A DNA stretch of 64,000 nucleotides, from positions 566,257 to 630,256 of the forward strand of contig CAWJZV010000030.1 of the NCBI GenBank assembly GCA_963847445.1, read 5' to 3'. The notes under the pieces are model-generated. The model saw only the letters and a program-made list of their open reading frames with translations, did no database searches and was not told the origin of the DNA. The translations under genes were made by a program, and so were the position numbers. Positions 9,721 to 22,637 of the stretch are shown piece after piece. The DNA is from an uncultured delta proteobacterium. GTDB lineage: Bacteria; Desulfobacterota; Binatia; UBA9968. The stretch's first letter is position 1. Each line of letters opens with the position of its first letter.

Positions 9721-10219
9721 TTGAAATTTAGACCGGCCGCATTGTTTAGCCTCGTCGTGCTGATTTTCTTCTGCGTGTTCGTGTATGGAGCCCAAGAGTG
9801 GCGCATGCAGGCGCGGCTCTATCCCTTTGCCATCGGCATCCCGATGCTGCTCTTCGCCGTCGTCCAATTCATCCTGGATCTCAAAGGGCGTCAAGGCCAA
9901 GGAATCTGCGGACGGCGCGCCGATGGATTTTCAATTCTCCGCCCAGAAGGAAATGGACCCGGCGTTGGTCAAACATCGAACCATCGTCATGTTCTCCTGG
10001 CTGTTCGGATTCTTCTTCGCTATTTGGCTCGTCGGTTATCCGATCGCGATTCCGCTGTTGGTATTTTGCTATCTCAAATTTCAGTCAGGCGAGTCCTGGA
10101 AGCTGACGATTTTTCTGACGGCCATTTCCTGGGTATTTTTCTATACCCTGTTTGTCAGGCTGCTGACTTTACCGTTCCCCGACGGCTGGCTGCTCACCAA
10201 GCTTGGATTCTTTGACTAA
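9721..10219 (+). CDS. tctB: Tripartite tricarboxylate transporter small permease TctB (frameshift ~9890)
   Basis: About 165 aa with several hydrophobic segments, ARLYP and LFVRLLTLPFPDG end; directly upstream of the tctC array. Confidence 0.75.
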
Positions 10220-10330
10220 GCCGAACCATACAAGCCGTAAACTAGCTGCGCCCAGCGGCACCACCATGCTTGCCTGGGGAATCATAAGCCGTTTCTCCAA
10301 TCGGCTCCCTGGTTCGGGAGGTTGCCACCG

Positions 10331-11383
10331 ATGATCCACCGACAACTCCACGCCACATCGGTTCTGGCTTGCCTGACCCTGAGCCTATGGATTGGCGTCA
10401 ACGCGCAAGCCCAGGTCGACGGCTTCTACAACGGCAAAACCGTGCGCATCATCGTCGGCGCAACGCCCGGCGGCTTTTACGATCGTTGGGCGCGGCTGCT
10501 GGCGCGTTACATACCCAAGTACATCGCCGGCAACCCCAATTTCGTCGTGCAAAACATGCCGGGCGCCGGCTCCGTGGTGGCGGCCAACTATGTTTACCAC
10601 TTGGCCAAACCCGACGGGCTAACGCTAGGCATGCCGCTCAACAGCCTGCACCTCGACCAGCTCGTCGGCCGGCCAGAAGTAAAGTACGATTTGCGCAAAT
10701 TTGTCTATATCGGCAGCCAAGAAAAGACCCCAACGATGATGTACTTTCGCGCCGACAGCCCGATCAAATCGCTCGACGATATCATTCAAGCCAAGGAACC
10801 GCCCAAATGCGGCTCGAGCGGGACGACCAGCACCGCCTATACCGTGTCGAAGCTGCTCAACGAAGCATTCAAGGCCAAGACCATCAGCATAAGCGGCTAC
10901 CAGGGGGGCAGCGAGATCGATCTGGCCGTGGAGCGCGGCGAAATCGTTTGCCGTCAAATGGACGTGCCGCCGCACTTTGGCCGCGAGCCATTTGATGGTT
11001 GGCATAAGCGCGGCTTCGACCGCCATATCTTTCAAGGCGGGCCCAAGCGCGATGCGCGCTTGGCCGAGGTGCCGACGCTGTTCGAACTGCTGGACCAATA
11101 CAAGTCGCCGGCGATCATGCGCAGTCTGACCCGGGTGATTCTCGCCAGCGGCGAAATGGGCCGGCCGATGATGGCGGGGCCGGGAGTACCGGCGGAGCGG
11201 ATCAAAGCGCTGCGCGATGCTTACGGCAGAGCGATGCGCGATCCGGCCCTGATCGAGGAAGCGAAGAAGGGCCAGATGGACTTGGAATATACCGCCGGCA
11301 CAGAGCTTCAAGCACAGATCAACGAAATCATCAGCCAGCCGCGCGAGGTGATCGAGCTGGTCAAGAAAGTTTTGACGGATTGA
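10331..11383 (+). CDS. tctC: TctC/Bug SBP #1 (ordinary signal peptide)
   Basis: FYNGKTVRIIVGATPGGFYD, VVQNMPGAGS, AKPDGLTL. Confidence 0.9.
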   Translation: MIHRQLHATSVLACLTLSLWIGVNAQAQVDGFYNGKTVRIIVGATPGGFYDRWARLLARYIPKYIAGNPNFVVQNMPGAGSVVAANYVYHLAKPDGLTLGMPLNSLHLDQLVGRPEVKYDLRKFVYIGSQEKTPTMMYFRADSPIKSLDDIIQAKEPPKCGSSGTTSTAYTVSKLLNEAFKAKTISISGYQGGSEIDLAVERGEIVCRQMDVPPHFGREPFDGWHKRGFDRHIFQGGPKRDARLAEVPTLFELLDQYKSPAIMRSLTRVILASGEMGRPMMAGPGVPAERIKALRDAYGRAMRDPALIEEAKKGQMDLEYTAGTELQAQINEIISQPREVIELVKKVLTD

Positions 11384-11390
11384 GGCGATT

Positions 11391-12484
11391 ATGAAATTCC
11401 AATTCACAAACCCGTTCAAAGGTTCAAAGGTTCAAACGTTCAAGGTTCTCGGACCGCTAGTCCTTTCCGTCGTTGAACTGTTGAACCCTTTGAACCTTGA
11501 ACCGGCGTTTGCGCAGAGCGCCATTTCTATCAAGACAAGTCCGTGCGCATCATCGTCGGTTTCACGCCGGGCGGCTTCTATGACCGCTGGGCCAGGTTAC
11601 TATCGCGCTATATGCCCAAATACATCCCCGGCAACCCCACCTTCGTCGTGCAAAACATGCCCGGCGCGAGCTCGGTGATCGCCGCCAACTATGTCTATAA
11701 TTTGAGCAAGGCGGACGGCCTGACGCTGCTGGTGCCGATCAATAGTCTCTATCTCGATCAAGTGGTTGGCCGGCGTGAAGTAAAGTTCGATGTCAGAAAA
11801 TTCGAATTCATCGGCACGCAAGAAAAAGCTCCGACCATGCTCTACTTCCGTGCCGACAGTCCGTTCAAAACCCTGGGCGACATCATCAACGCCAAGGAAC
11901 CGCCGAAGTGCGGCTCCACCGGCACGGCGAGCACGGGATACCTGCTCGCCAGGATCATGGACGAAGCATTCAAGGCCAAAATGACCACCGTCACCGGCTA
12001 CCAGGGCGGCAGCGAGATCGACATCGCCGTCGAGCGCGGCGAGATCGTTTGCCGCGGCATGGACATCCCGCCGCACTTTGGCCGCGAACCGTTCGACGGC
12101 TGGCATAAGCGCGGCTTCGACCGGCATATCCTACAGAGCGGCCCCAAGAAAGATCCGCGCATGGGCGACGCGCCGACACTGTTCGAACTGATGGAGCAAT
12201 TCAAAACTCCCGAGGTCATGCGCGGTGTCGCACGGGTGATTCTGGCGAGCGGCGATTTTGGCCGGCCCATGGTCGCCGGCCCCGGCAATCCGCCCGAACG
12301 CATCAAAATCATGCGCGCCGCCTATGCCGGCGCGATGCGCGACCCGGGGCTCATCGAGGAAGCGAAAAAAAGCCAAATGGATATGGAACACACGCCGGGG
12401 GAAGAACTCCAGGCGCTGATGAAGGAATTGTTGAATCAACCGCGTGAAGTGATCGAAAGAGTTAAAAAAGTGTTGTCGGAATGA
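11391..12484 (+). CDS. tctC: TctC/Bug SBP #2 (palindrome-encoded signal peptide; frameshift ~11520)
   Basis: ORFs 11391-11678 and 11543-12484 joined. Confidence 0.88.
11412..11505. repeat. GTTCAA/TTGAAC leader palindrome copy 1
   Basis: ccgttcaaaggttcaaaggttcaaacgttcaagg-loop-cgttgaactgttgaaccctttgaaccttgaaccgg. Confidence 0.9.
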
Positions 12485-12491
12485 GGTTGCT

Positions 12492-13598
12492 ATGAAATGA
12501 TCAAACTCAGCAAGACCCGGTTCAAACGTTCAAAAGTTCAAAGCGTTCAAGCGTAAGCTTCGGATTCAGCTGATTCTTGTTTCTGATCCCTTGAACTTTT
12601 GAACCCCTTGAACCTTGAACAGGTATTCGCGCAAGCGAATTTCTATCAAGGTAAAACCATCCGCATCATCGTTGGCCTGACGCCGGGCGGCTTCTACGAT
12701 CGCTGGGCGCGCCTGCTCGCCCGCATTCATGCCGCTTTACATACCGGGCAATCCCAGCTTCATCGTGCAAAACATGCCGGGCGCGGGCTCGATGATCGCT
12801 ATGAATCATGTCTACGGCGTCGCCAAAGCCGACGGGCTGACCCTCGGCATGCCCAATTACGGCGTCTATCTCGACCAACTGTCAGGGCGTAAAGAAGTCC
12901 GTTACGACATCACCAAGATGTACTACATCGGCTCGCCGGAGAAGAGCGACATCATTCTCTACGCGCGCGCGGACGCCCCATTCAAATCAGTCCAGGACAT
13001 GAGAAAGCTCGCCGAGCCTGCTAAGTGCGGCGCCACCGGCACCGCCGGCGCGGACTACCTGATCGCGAAAGTTCTCGAAGACACCCTTGGGGTCAAGATC
13101 AATACGGTCGTCGGTTATGCCGGCGGCAGCGAGATCGACATCGCCGTAGAGAAGGGCGAAGTGCAATGCCGCGGCATGACCATCGCGCCGCACTTCGGCC
13201 GCGAGCCGTTCGATAGCTGGCATAAGAAGGGCTTCGATCAGCATATCGTGCAAACCTCGGAGAAGCGCGATGCCCGCGTCGCTGAGGTGCCGACGCTTTA
13301 CGAAATCTTCGACAAAGAAAACACCGCCGATGAGAGCCGACGGGTCGCCGATGTGATTTTGCGCGGCGGCGACTTTGGCCGCCCCATGCTGGCTGGTCCC
13401 GGCACGCCGCTCGACCGGGTGAATATGCTGCGCGAGGCTTACGTCAAATCAATGAACAATCCCGAGCTCATCGCCGAGGCGAAGAAAGCTCGTATGGACA
13501 TGGAGCCGGTCACCGGCGAACAGCTGCAAGCGCTGGCGAACAGAGTCATGAACCAACCGCCTGCCGTGCTCAAGCGCGTCAGAAAAATCCTTGAATAG
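12492..13598 (+). CDS. tctC: TctC/Bug SBP #3 (palindrome leader; frameshifts)
   Basis: LNPLNLEQVFAQANFYQGKTIRIIVGLTPGGFYD joined to ORF 12729-13598. Confidence 0.85.
12517..12623. repeat. Leader palindrome copy 2
   Basis: 4 GTTCAA units, loop, 4 TTGAAC units. Confidence 0.85.
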
Positions 13599-13659
13599 AT
13601 ATTTTGCCAATTGCCAATCATCACCATCGCCGGTCGTCAGCGGCCGGACGGGAGGACCC

Positions 13660-14702
13660 ATGAAAGCCCTAATCCTGGTGCTCTGTCTCGTTGGCGCGTG
13701 GACTTCTCCACCTGCCAGCCCAGACACCCTATTACCAAGGCAAGCAAATCAAAGTCGTCGTTGGTTTCACCACCGGCGGTTTTTACGATCGCTGGGCGAG
13801 ACTGCTGTCCCGATATATGCCCAAGCATATCCCGGGCAAGCCCGAGATGATTGTCCAGAATATGCCCGGCGCCGGCTCGGTCATCGCGGCCAATTTCGTC
13901 TATAGCGTCGCCAAAGCGGACGGACTGACCATCGGCTTCCCGAGCAATGCGCATTTACCTCGATCAATTGATCGGCCGCGGCGAAGTTAAGTACGACGTG
14001 CGCAAATTCGCTTGGATCGGCTCCCCGGTCACCGAGCCGATGATCTTTTATGTGCGCAGCGACTCGCCGTTCAAAACGATCCAAGACATCAAGAACGCCA
14101 AGGAGCCGGCGAAATGCGGTTCCACGGGCACGGTCAGCAGCGACTACATCCTGGCGCGACTGCTCGAAGAGACCTTGCCGCCGACCAAGATCAACACGAT
14201 TTTGGGCTATCCTGGAGGCGCCGAAATCGACTTGGCGGTCGAAAAAGGTGAAGTCTCTTGCCGCGGTATGACCGCTTCTCCCTTCTTTGGCCGGGAGCCC
14301 TTTCTCAGCTGGCAGAAGAAAAACTTTGTCCGCGTGCTCTTCTTCACCGGCAGCAAACGCGACAAACGGCTTCCCGATGTGCCGACGCTGTACGAGATAT
14401 TTGACCGGGAAAAGGTTCCCGAAGACCGGCGCCGCATAGCCGAGGTCATCCTTGCAGCCGAAGAGTTTGGCCGTCCGATCATCGCCGGACCCGGCACTTC
14501 AGCCGAGCAAGTCAAAATCCTGCGCCATGCTTTCGATCAATCTTTAAAGGATCCGGAGTTACTCGCGGATACAATAAAACAGAAAATGGATGTCGATCCC
14601 GAGAGCGGCGAGAACCTCGAAAAGCTCGTCGCCAAAACCATGAACCAACCCGCCGACGTTATCGCGCGGGTTAAAAAACTTCTCGGGCAATTAGTTGATT
14701 AA
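13660..14702 (+). CDS. tctC: TctC/Bug SBP #4 (ordinary signal peptide; frameshifts)
   Basis: GGAGG RBS, MKALILVL, GFTTGGFYD; ORFs 13691-13990 and 13947-14702. Confidence 0.87.
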
Positions 14703-14756
14703 ACCAATTTCGATGGTAATTTTCGCGTTAGAAAAAAATTAGGAGGTCAGAACTAG

Positions 14757-15786
14757 ATGTTAAGATTATTAGCAATTTTGTTTTCCTTGATGATCGGCCA
14801 GGCGGCCTACGCCCAGACCCCGTTCTATCAAGGAAAAACCATTACGATTATAGTCGGCACCAAAGCGGGCGATGCCTATGATTTATATCCGCGCATGCTC
14901 GCCGAGTTCATGCCCAAATATATTCCCGGCAATCCCAACATCATTATTCAGAACGTTCCTGGGGCGGCGTCGCTGATCGCGGCCAATCAAGTCTACAATA
15001 TCGCCAAACCGGATGGCCTGACCATCGCGGCCATCTATCCGGCGCTCTACTTCGAGCAGCTCACGAAAAAACCCCAGGTGAAGTTCGACTGGACCAAGTT
15101 CGGCTGGATCGGCAGTCCGGTGAAATCGAACCACATGCTCTACATGCGCGCGGACGCCCCGTACAAATCCATGGACGACATCAAAAATGCCAAGACGCCG
15201 CCCAAGTGCGGCGCCAGCGGCGTGACTTCCACCGGCAACTATCTGCCGAAGCTCATGGAAGAGATCCTCGGCACGAAGTTCGAGATCGTTCTTGGGTATC
15301 AAGCCGGCCAGGACGTGGATCTTGCCGTGGAGCGCGGTGAGATCGTGTGCCGGGCGTTCACGATCACCGCATACATGGCGCGCGAGCCGTTCATTTCGTG
15401 GCGCAAGCGCGGTTTCGTCAATGAGCTGATGCAAACCGGCGCCAAACGCGATCCGCGCTTGAAAAATGCGCCGACGATCTACGAGCTCATGGATCGGTAC
15501 AAAACCGACGCCGCCGGCAGAAGCCTCGGCAAGCTCATCCTGGCGGCAGGCGAGTTTGGCCGGCCGCTGGTCACTCCCCCAGGGTTCCCCGCTGCTCAGT
15601 TCAAGATCCTCCGGGAGGCTTTCGATAAAGCCGTGAGCGATCCTGCGCTGCTGGCAGCCGCGGAAAAACGTCGTCTGGAAATGGATCCGACGGATGGCGC
15701 GGAGATGGAAGCGTTGGCGAAAGAGGTCATGGCCGCAAGCCCTGAGCGTCGTAAAACGAGTGGAAGATCTTTTGGGCGGAAAATAA
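14757..15786 (+). CDS. tctC: TctC/Bug SBP #5 (ordinary signal peptide; terminal frameshift)
   Basis: AGGAGG RBS, MLRLLAIL..AYAQTPFYQGK, GTKAGDAYD; corrected end VEDLLGGK*. Confidence 0.9.
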
Positions 15787-15800
15787 AACACAGCTCCGGG

Positions 15801-15838
15801 TACCCCTCAAGGTTGCATCAGAGCGGCCTTGAGGGGTA
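15801..15838. promoter_or_regulatory. Intra-operon stem-loop
   Basis: Perfect 12-bp inverted repeat tacccctcaagg / ccttgaggggta, with no U-tract. Confidence 0.55.
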
Positions 15839-15874
15839 TGCTCCGGCAAATTTTCGGCGGGAAGGAGAAAATTT

Positions 15875-16903
15875 ATGTTTTCAACTCTCGTTGTATTGGC
15901 CACTCTTGTCTGGAGTTCAACTGTATTCGCGCAAACTCCCTTTTACCAAGGCAAGACCATCAGCATTGCCGCCGGCACCAAGGCCGGCGATGTCTACGAT
16001 CTCTATCCGCGTTTGCTCGCCGAGTATATGCCGAAGCATATTCCTGGCAGTCCCAATATCATCGTGCAAAATATCCCGGGCGCGGCTTCATTGATCGCCG
16101 CCAATCAGGTCTATAATACTGCCAAGCCCGATGGTCTGACTCTTGCGGCGATCTATCCCGCGCTCTATTTCGACCAGCTGATCAAGCGACCGGAAGTAAA
16201 ATACGATTGGGCTAAATGGCAGTGGCTCGGCAGTCCGGTAAAATCGAACCAACTCCTCTACATGCGCGCCGACACACCGTACAAGTCGATGGATGACATC
16301 CGCAAGGCGGCCACGGCGCCGAAGTGCGGCTCCACCGGTATCGCTTCCGCGGGGTACTACATACCCAAGCTGCTGGAGGAAGTGTTGAACGGCAAGATAG
16401 ACATTGTGTCGGGCTACGTGTCGGGACAGGATATCGATCTGGCGGTGGAACGCGGCGAGCTCCAGTGCCGGGCCTTCACGATTACCGCCTACTACGCCCG
16501 CGAGCCGTTTATCTCTTGGCGCAAACGGAATTTCACCAATGTGCTGGTACAAACCGGCAGCCAACGCGATGCTCGGATCAAGGAAACGCCGACCATTTAC
16601 GAGCTGATGGATAAGGCCAAAACCAGTGCGGCCGGACGGACCCTGGCGAAGGTGATCCTGGCCTCGGGGGATTTGGGACGCCCCATCGTCGCCCCTCCGG
16701 GAGTGCCGGCGGATCGGATCAAGATCCTCCGCGATGCCTTCGATAAGACGCTCGCCGACCCGGCGTTTCTTGCGGAAGCGGAAAGGCGTCGGCTCGAAAT
16801 CGATCCGACCAAATGGGATGAAATGGAATCCCTGGCAAAGGAAGTCATGCTTACGCCCGCCGACGTGGTCGCGCGCATGAAAAAGTTGCTGAGTGACGGC
16901 TAA
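15875..16903 (+). CDS. tctC: TctC/Bug SBP #6
   Basis: Intact 342 aa ORF, GTKAGDVYD. Confidence 0.92.
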   Translation: MFSTLVVLATLVWSSTVFAQTPFYQGKTISIAAGTKAGDVYDLYPRLLAEYMPKHIPGSPNIIVQNIPGAASLIAANQVYNTAKPDGLTLAAIYPALYFDQLIKRPEVKYDWAKWQWLGSPVKSNQLLYMRADTPYKSMDDIRKAATAPKCGSTGIASAGYYIPKLLEEVLNGKIDIVSGYVSGQDIDLAVERGELQCRAFTITAYYAREPFISWRKRNFTNVLVQTGSQRDARIKETPTIYELMDKAKTSAAGRTLAKVILASGDLGRPIVAPPGVPADRIKILRDAFDKTLADPAFLAEAERRRLEIDPTKWDEMESLAKEVMLTPADVVARMKKLLSDG

Positions 16904-16932
16904 AGGCAACAACCAGGAACGAAGCCAGCTGC

Positions 16933-17997
16933 ATGATCAACCAAGAGATCAGCGGATCGGTCCTGATCGTGTCGGCTATCGGTCCTGATTGCTCCTCTCG
17001 TCTGCTATTCGACCTGCGCTTTACGCCCAAACTCCCTTTTACCAGGGCAAAACCATCAGGCTCGTCGCCGGCACCCCGGCAGGCAGCGTGTACGATCTCT
17101 ATGCGCGCATGGTCGCCCAATTTCTCCCCAAGCATATTCCCGGCAATCCCAATGTCATCGTGCAAAACATGCCGGGGGTCGCCTCCATGGTTGCGGCCAA
17201 TTACATTTACACCGTCGCCAAACCCGATGGCCTGACCATCGGCTCGATCCAACCGGCGCTCTATTTCGATCAACTGGTCGGGCGCAAGGAAGTCCAGTTC
17301 GACTGGCAAAAATTTACCTGGATCGGCAACACCACGGTGTCGCACCATTTGCTCTACATGCGCAGCGACACGCCGTATAAAACCATCGAAGACATCCGCA
17401 AGGCCGCCGTGCCGCCCAAATGCGGCGCCGAAGGCACTGCGTCATCGGCCTACTACTTCCCCAAGCTCTTGGAAGAAACCATCGGCGCGAAGTTCAACAT
17501 CGTCACCGGTTACAACTCCGGCACCGATGTCGACCTGGCGGTGGAGCGCGGCGAAGTGCAGTGCCGCAGCCTTCACCATCGCCGCCTTCTTTGCCCGCGA
17601 GCCGTTTCACACCTGGCGCAAAAAAGGCTTTGTCCGGGTAATCGTGCAAACCGGCAAGAAACGCGATGGCAAAATACCCGATGTACCGACTCTGGAAGAA
17701 CTCATGGACCAGCATAAGACGTCCGACTCGGCGCGCCGTCTGAGCGCGGTGATCTTGGCCGCCAATGAGATCGGCCGGCCGATCGTCGGCACTCCCGGGA
17801 TTCCGGCCGATCGTGTGAAAATTCTCCGCGAAGCTTTCATGAAGACAGTGACCGATCCAGAGCTCTTGGATGACGCCAAAAAGAAAAAACTCGACTTGGA
17901 TCCGGTCTCCGGCGAGGAGCTGGAGAGTCTCGGCAAAGAGATCATGGCGCAACCGCCGGACGTCATCGAACGCATGAAAAAACTATTGGGAAGTTAA
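16933..17997 (+). CDS. tctC: TctC/Bug SBP #7 (frameshifts)
   Basis: GTPAGSVYD; ORFs 16989-17717 and 17527-17997. Confidence 0.87.
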
Positions 17998-18033
17998 AAG
18001 CGCCAAGACAAACGGATCAAAGGAGAAGCCAAC

Positions 18034-19080
18034 ATGAAAAGACTCGCATTCGTTCTATTCGTCCTGTCTGTCCTATTCAGTCCGCACGGCTTAACCTGCA
18101 TGCGCAGACGCCATTCTACCAAGGCAAGACGATCACGATCATCGTCGCGCGCCAAGGCGGGCGACATCTATGACCTTTACCCACGCCTGGTCGCGGAATT
18201 CATGCGGCAGGCATATTCCGGGAAACCCGAACATCATCATTCAAAACGTCGCCCGGCGCCGCCGGCCTGATCGGCACCAATCAGGTTTACAATATCGCCA
18301 AACCTGACGGTCTGACCCTCGGCGCGATCTATCCGGCGCTCTATTTCGAGCAGCTCGCCAAACGGCCCGAAGCCAAATTCGACTGGACCAAGTTCATCTG
18401 GATCGGCAGCACGGTGAGCTCCAACAGTCACATGTATATGCGCGCCGATACCCCGTATAAAACCATCGAAGATGTCCGTACCGCAGCGACGCCGCCGAAA
18501 TGCGGCGCAACGGGCGTAACCTCGTCGGCCTATTACATGCCGAAACTCCTCGAAGACGCTATCGGCACCAAGTTCGAGATTGTCTCAGGTTATGTCGCCG
18601 GGTCGGATATCGACCTCGCCGTCGAGCGCGGCGAAGTTCAGTGCCGGGCCTTTACGATCAACGCCTTCTTCTCCCGCGAGCCATTTATCACCTGGCGCAA
18701 GAAAAATTTCGTGCGCGTGCTCTATCAGACCGGCAGCAAGCGCGATGCACGGCTCAAGGACGTGCCGTTGTTCAGCTGAATTGATGGACAAGTACAAGAC
18801 GCGCTGAAAGCGTCCGGCGGCTCGCCAAAGTGGTGCTGGCCGCCGATGAATTCGGCCGTCCGCATCGTCTTCCCTCCAGGCGTGCCCTGCCGACCGGGTA
18901 AAGATCATTCGCGATGCTTTCAACAAGACCATCAACGATCCCGCTCTCTTGGCGGAGGCGGAAAAGCGCCGACTCGACATCGACCCGGCAACGGGTGAAG
19001 AACTCGATTCCTTGGCCAAAGAAGTCATGACCGCGACGCCGGACATCGTCGAACGGGTGAAAAAACTGATCGGCATGTAA
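18034..19080 (+). CDS. tctC: TctC/Bug SBP #8 (many frameshifts)
   Basis: MKRLAFVLF leader, KAGDIYDLYPR, PPKCGATG, RVKKLIGM*. Confidence 0.83.
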
Positions 19081-19116
19081 CGGCGCAGGTAGGCCACTGC
19101 CTGCTGCAGAAGGGCG

Positions 19117-20207
19117 ATGCAAAGGTCGCTCAAAGAGTTCAAAGGTTCAAGATTCAAGGTTGCTCAATCTCGAATCGTATCGACCGTCGCTTGATCTTTT
19201 GACACGCCTTTCTGAACCTTGAACCGGCGTCGGCGCCAGACGCCCTTCTATCAAGGCAAGACGATTCGCATCGTCATCGGCTCCTCCACCGGCGGCGGTT
19301 ACGATCTGTGGGCGCGCGTTTTAGCGCGCTACTACGGCAAATACATCCCGGGTAATCCAACAATTCTCGTGCAGAACATGCCCGGCGCGGCGTCGATCGT
19401 CGCGACCAATTATTTGTACAACGTCGCCAAGCCCGACGGTCTGACTCTCGGCGCGCTGCTGCCGGCGATTTACTTCGATCAGCTGGTCGGGCGCAAAGAA
19501 GTGCAGTTCGACTTCGCCAAGATTCCCTGGATCGGCTCGCCGGAACAAAACGACGATCCTGCACTACATGCGCGCCGATTCGCCCTACAAGTCGATCGAC
19601 GACATCCGCAAAGCCAAGGAGCCGCCGCGTTGCGGCAGCTCCGGCACCGGCACGACTGGATTTTATATTCCCCGCCTGCTCGACGAAGTCCTGGGCACGA
19701 AACACACTGTCGTCGCCGGCTATCCTGGCGGCTCCGAAATCGATCTCGCCGTCGAACGCGGCGAAGTGCACTGCTGGTCGCCGCTGATTGCGACGTACTT
19801 CGGCCGCGAGCCCTACATTAGCTGGCAGAAGAAGGGCTTCGTTCGAGTGATCGTGCAGTTCGGCGCCAAGCGCGAGCCGCGCCTGGCCGACGTGCCGACG
19901 ATTTACGAGTTGATGGATCAATTCAAAACTCCCGACGCCGGCAAGCGCCTGACACGCGTGATCCTGGTCGCCGCGACCCTCGGTCGGCCCATCGCAGTCA
20001 CGCCGGGAATTCCGCCCGACCGCTTGAACCTGCTGCGCGATGCCTATCAAAAGACGTTGAAAGACCCCGAACTCATCGCCGAGACCAAACGCCAACGCTG
20101 GGACATCGACCCGCTCACCGGCGAAGAGATGGAAAAACTTTCAAAAGAAGTCATGAGCGCAGCCGAAGGAAGTCATCGAAAGAATGAAATGGGTCTTGGG
20201 AAACTAA
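19117..20207 (+). CDS. tctC: TctC/Bug SBP #9 (degenerate palindrome leader; frameshifts)
   Basis: GSSTGGGYDLWAR; ORFs 19219-19821 and 19568-20215. Confidence 0.85.
19136..19227. repeat. Leader palindrome copy 3 (degenerate)
   Basis: agttcaaaggttcaagattcaagg ... tgaaccttgaaccgg. Confidence 0.7.
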
Positions 20208-20211
20208 CATT

Positions 20212-21301
20212 ATGAATTCAAAGACCGTTCAAAAGTTCAAAGGTTCAAACGTTCAAGGTTCTCGCACTTCTGATCTTCTCCGTCGTTGAACTTTTGAACC
20301 CTTTGAACCTTGAACAAGCGTCTGCGCAGCAGACGCCCTTCTACCAAGGCAAAACCATCACCATGGTGGTCGCTTCCACCGCCAGCGGCGGCTACGATCT
20401 GTGGGCGCGGCTGACGGCGCGTTACATCGGCAAGTACATTCCCGGCAATCCGACCATCGTCGTGCAGAACATGCCGGGCGCGGGCAATATCATCGGCGCC
20501 AACTACGTCTATAGCGTCGCCAAGCCCGACGGCTTGACTCTCGGCGCGGTCAATCCGGCGCTTTACTTCGATCAGCTGGTCGGACGATCCGAGGTGAAAT
20601 TCGATTGGGCCAAATTCAACTGGATCGGTTCGCCGGAGAAAAACGACATCGTTTCCTACATGCGCGCCGACACGCCGTACAAAACCATCGACGACCTGCG
20701 CAATGCCAAAGAACCGCAAAAATGCGGCAGCACCGGCACCGGCAGCACCGGCCATTACATTCCCCGCCTGCTCGAAGAAACCCTCGGCATCAAGACCCAG
20801 ATCGTCAGCGGTTATCCCGGCGCCGCGGATATCGAACTCGCCATCGAGCGCGGCGAAGTGTTTTGCTGGTCGCCGCTCTTGGCCACCTACTTCGGCCGCG
20901 AGCCCTACCGGCGCTGGCATAAGTCCGGCTACGTCCGCGTCATGGTCCAAACCGGCGCCAAGCGCGACCCGCGCTTGAAAGACTCGCCGACGTTGAACGA
21001 ATTGATGCAGCAGTATAAATCCCCCGAGCCGGCCCGCCGTCTCGCCAAAGTGATTCTCACCGCCGCCACCTTAGGCCGTCCCATCGGCGCCGCCCCGGGC
21101 GTTCCGGCAGATCGCGTGAAGATCCTGCGCGATGCCTATGCCAAAGCCATCGCCGATCCCGAGCTGCTCGCCGAAGCGGCCAAGCAAAGTTGGGAAGTCG
21201 ATGCGACCAAGGGTGAAGAGCTGCAAGCGTTATCGAAGGAAGTCATCACCCAGCCCAAGGAAATCATCGAGCGCATGAAGTGGGTGCTTGGGCGGGAGTA
21301 A
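20212..21301 (+). CDS. tctC: TctC/Bug SBP #10 (palindrome leader)
   Basis: PFKSSKVQTFKVLALLIFSVVELLNPLNLEQASAQ in frame with ORF 20294-21301; indel near the ATG. Confidence 0.9.
20225..20315. repeat. Leader palindrome copy 4
   Basis: 4+4 unit structure. Confidence 0.9.
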
Positions 21302-21305
21302 TAAA

Positions 21306-22387
21306 ATGCTAAGCCCGTTCAAGGGTTCAAAAGTTCAAAGGTTCAAGGTTTTCGGACTTCTGATCTTTTCTGTCGTTGAACTTTTGAACCCTTTGAACCT
21401 TGAACGGGCGTCTGCGCCAGACGCCCTATTATTCCAGGCAAGACTCTCAAGATCATCGTCGGGTCAGCGTCCGGCGGCGGCTACGACCTGTGGGCGCGCT
21501 TACTGGCGCTGCATATCGGCAAACATATTCCCGGCCATCCAACCGTGATCGTGCAAAACCTGCCCGGGGCCGGCGGCCTGGTTGCCGGCAATTTTATCTA
21601 TGGTCTGGCCAAACCCGACGGCCTGACCATCGGCGCGTTCAATCCAGCGCTCTATTTCGAACAACTGGTCGGCAAGCCGGAGAGCAAATTCGATTGGACT
21701 AAGTTCAGCTGGATCGGCTCGCCGGAAAAGAATGACGCGCTGCACTACATCCGCGCCGACTCGCCCTACAAAACCATCGACGACCTGCGCAACGCCAAGG
21801 AGCCGCCCAAGTGCGGCAGCACCGGCGGCGGCACCACCGCCCATTACTTTCCCCGGCTGCTCGAAGACACCCTGGGCATTAAAACCACCCAGGTCACCGG
21901 CTATCAGGGCGGTTCAGAAATCGACCTCGCCGTCGAACGCAACGAAATAATCTGCTGGACGCCGCTGATCGCCACCTACTTCGGCCGCGAGCCCTACAAG
22001 CGCTGGCACAGGACGGGATTCGTCCGCGTCGTCGTCCAGACCGGCAACAAGCGCGACGAACGGTTAAAGGATGTACCGACGCTCACCGAACTGATGCAGC
22101 AGTATAAAACCCCTGAGGCCAGCCGCCGGCTCGCCAAAGTCGTGTTAACCGCCGCCAACCTCGGCCGCCCCATCGCCGGCCCGCCGCGCCTGCCGTCCGA
22201 ACAATTAAAAATTCTCCGCGACGCCTACGCGAAATCGATGCAAGATCCCGAGCTCCGCAGCGAAGCCGCCAAGCGCGCCTGGGATGTCGAGCCCCACACC
22301 GGCGCCGAACTTGAAGCGTTGGCGAAGGATGTCATGAACCAACCCAAAGAAGTGATCGAGCGGATGAAATGGGTGTTGGGGAACTAA
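21306..22387 (+). CDS. tctC: TctC/Bug SBP #11 (palindrome leader; frameshifts ~21415-21435)
   Basis: MLSPFKGSKVQRFKVFGLLIFSVVELLNPLNLERASA plus ORF 21545-22387. Confidence 0.88.
21313..21409. repeat. Leader palindrome copy 5
   Basis: Perfect 12-bp terminal IR gcccgttcaagg / ccttgaacgggc. Confidence 0.92.
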
Positions 22388-22438
22388 TCTCTAGGCCGCG
22401 AGTGGACGATTGCGCACAAGTATTAACTCTGCAAAATC

Positions 22439-22534
22439 CGTCACACCGGCGCAGGCCGGTGTCCATTTCCGGCTTCGGCAGACTAGCAAAAAGACCACAA
22501 CCGCCCCTGGATTCCGGCCTGCGCCGGAATGACG
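22439..22534. repeat. CGTC-type REP doublet
   Basis: cgtcacaccggcgcaggccggtgtcca ... tggattccggcctgcgccggaatgacg. Confidence 0.8.
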
Positions 22535-22637
22535 GAACCCGCACACAGACAACTTGCAACCGACAGCACTAAACTGACAAGCTTCAATGCAAAGAATCTC
22601 TGGTCTAATCTGATATACGCTGAGTGTGAGGCCATTC

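Noticed and set aside
14757-16094. 445-aa fusion of tctC #5 with downstream sequence
   Set aside because: A single-base indel near 15745 bypasses the real stop at 15784-15786.
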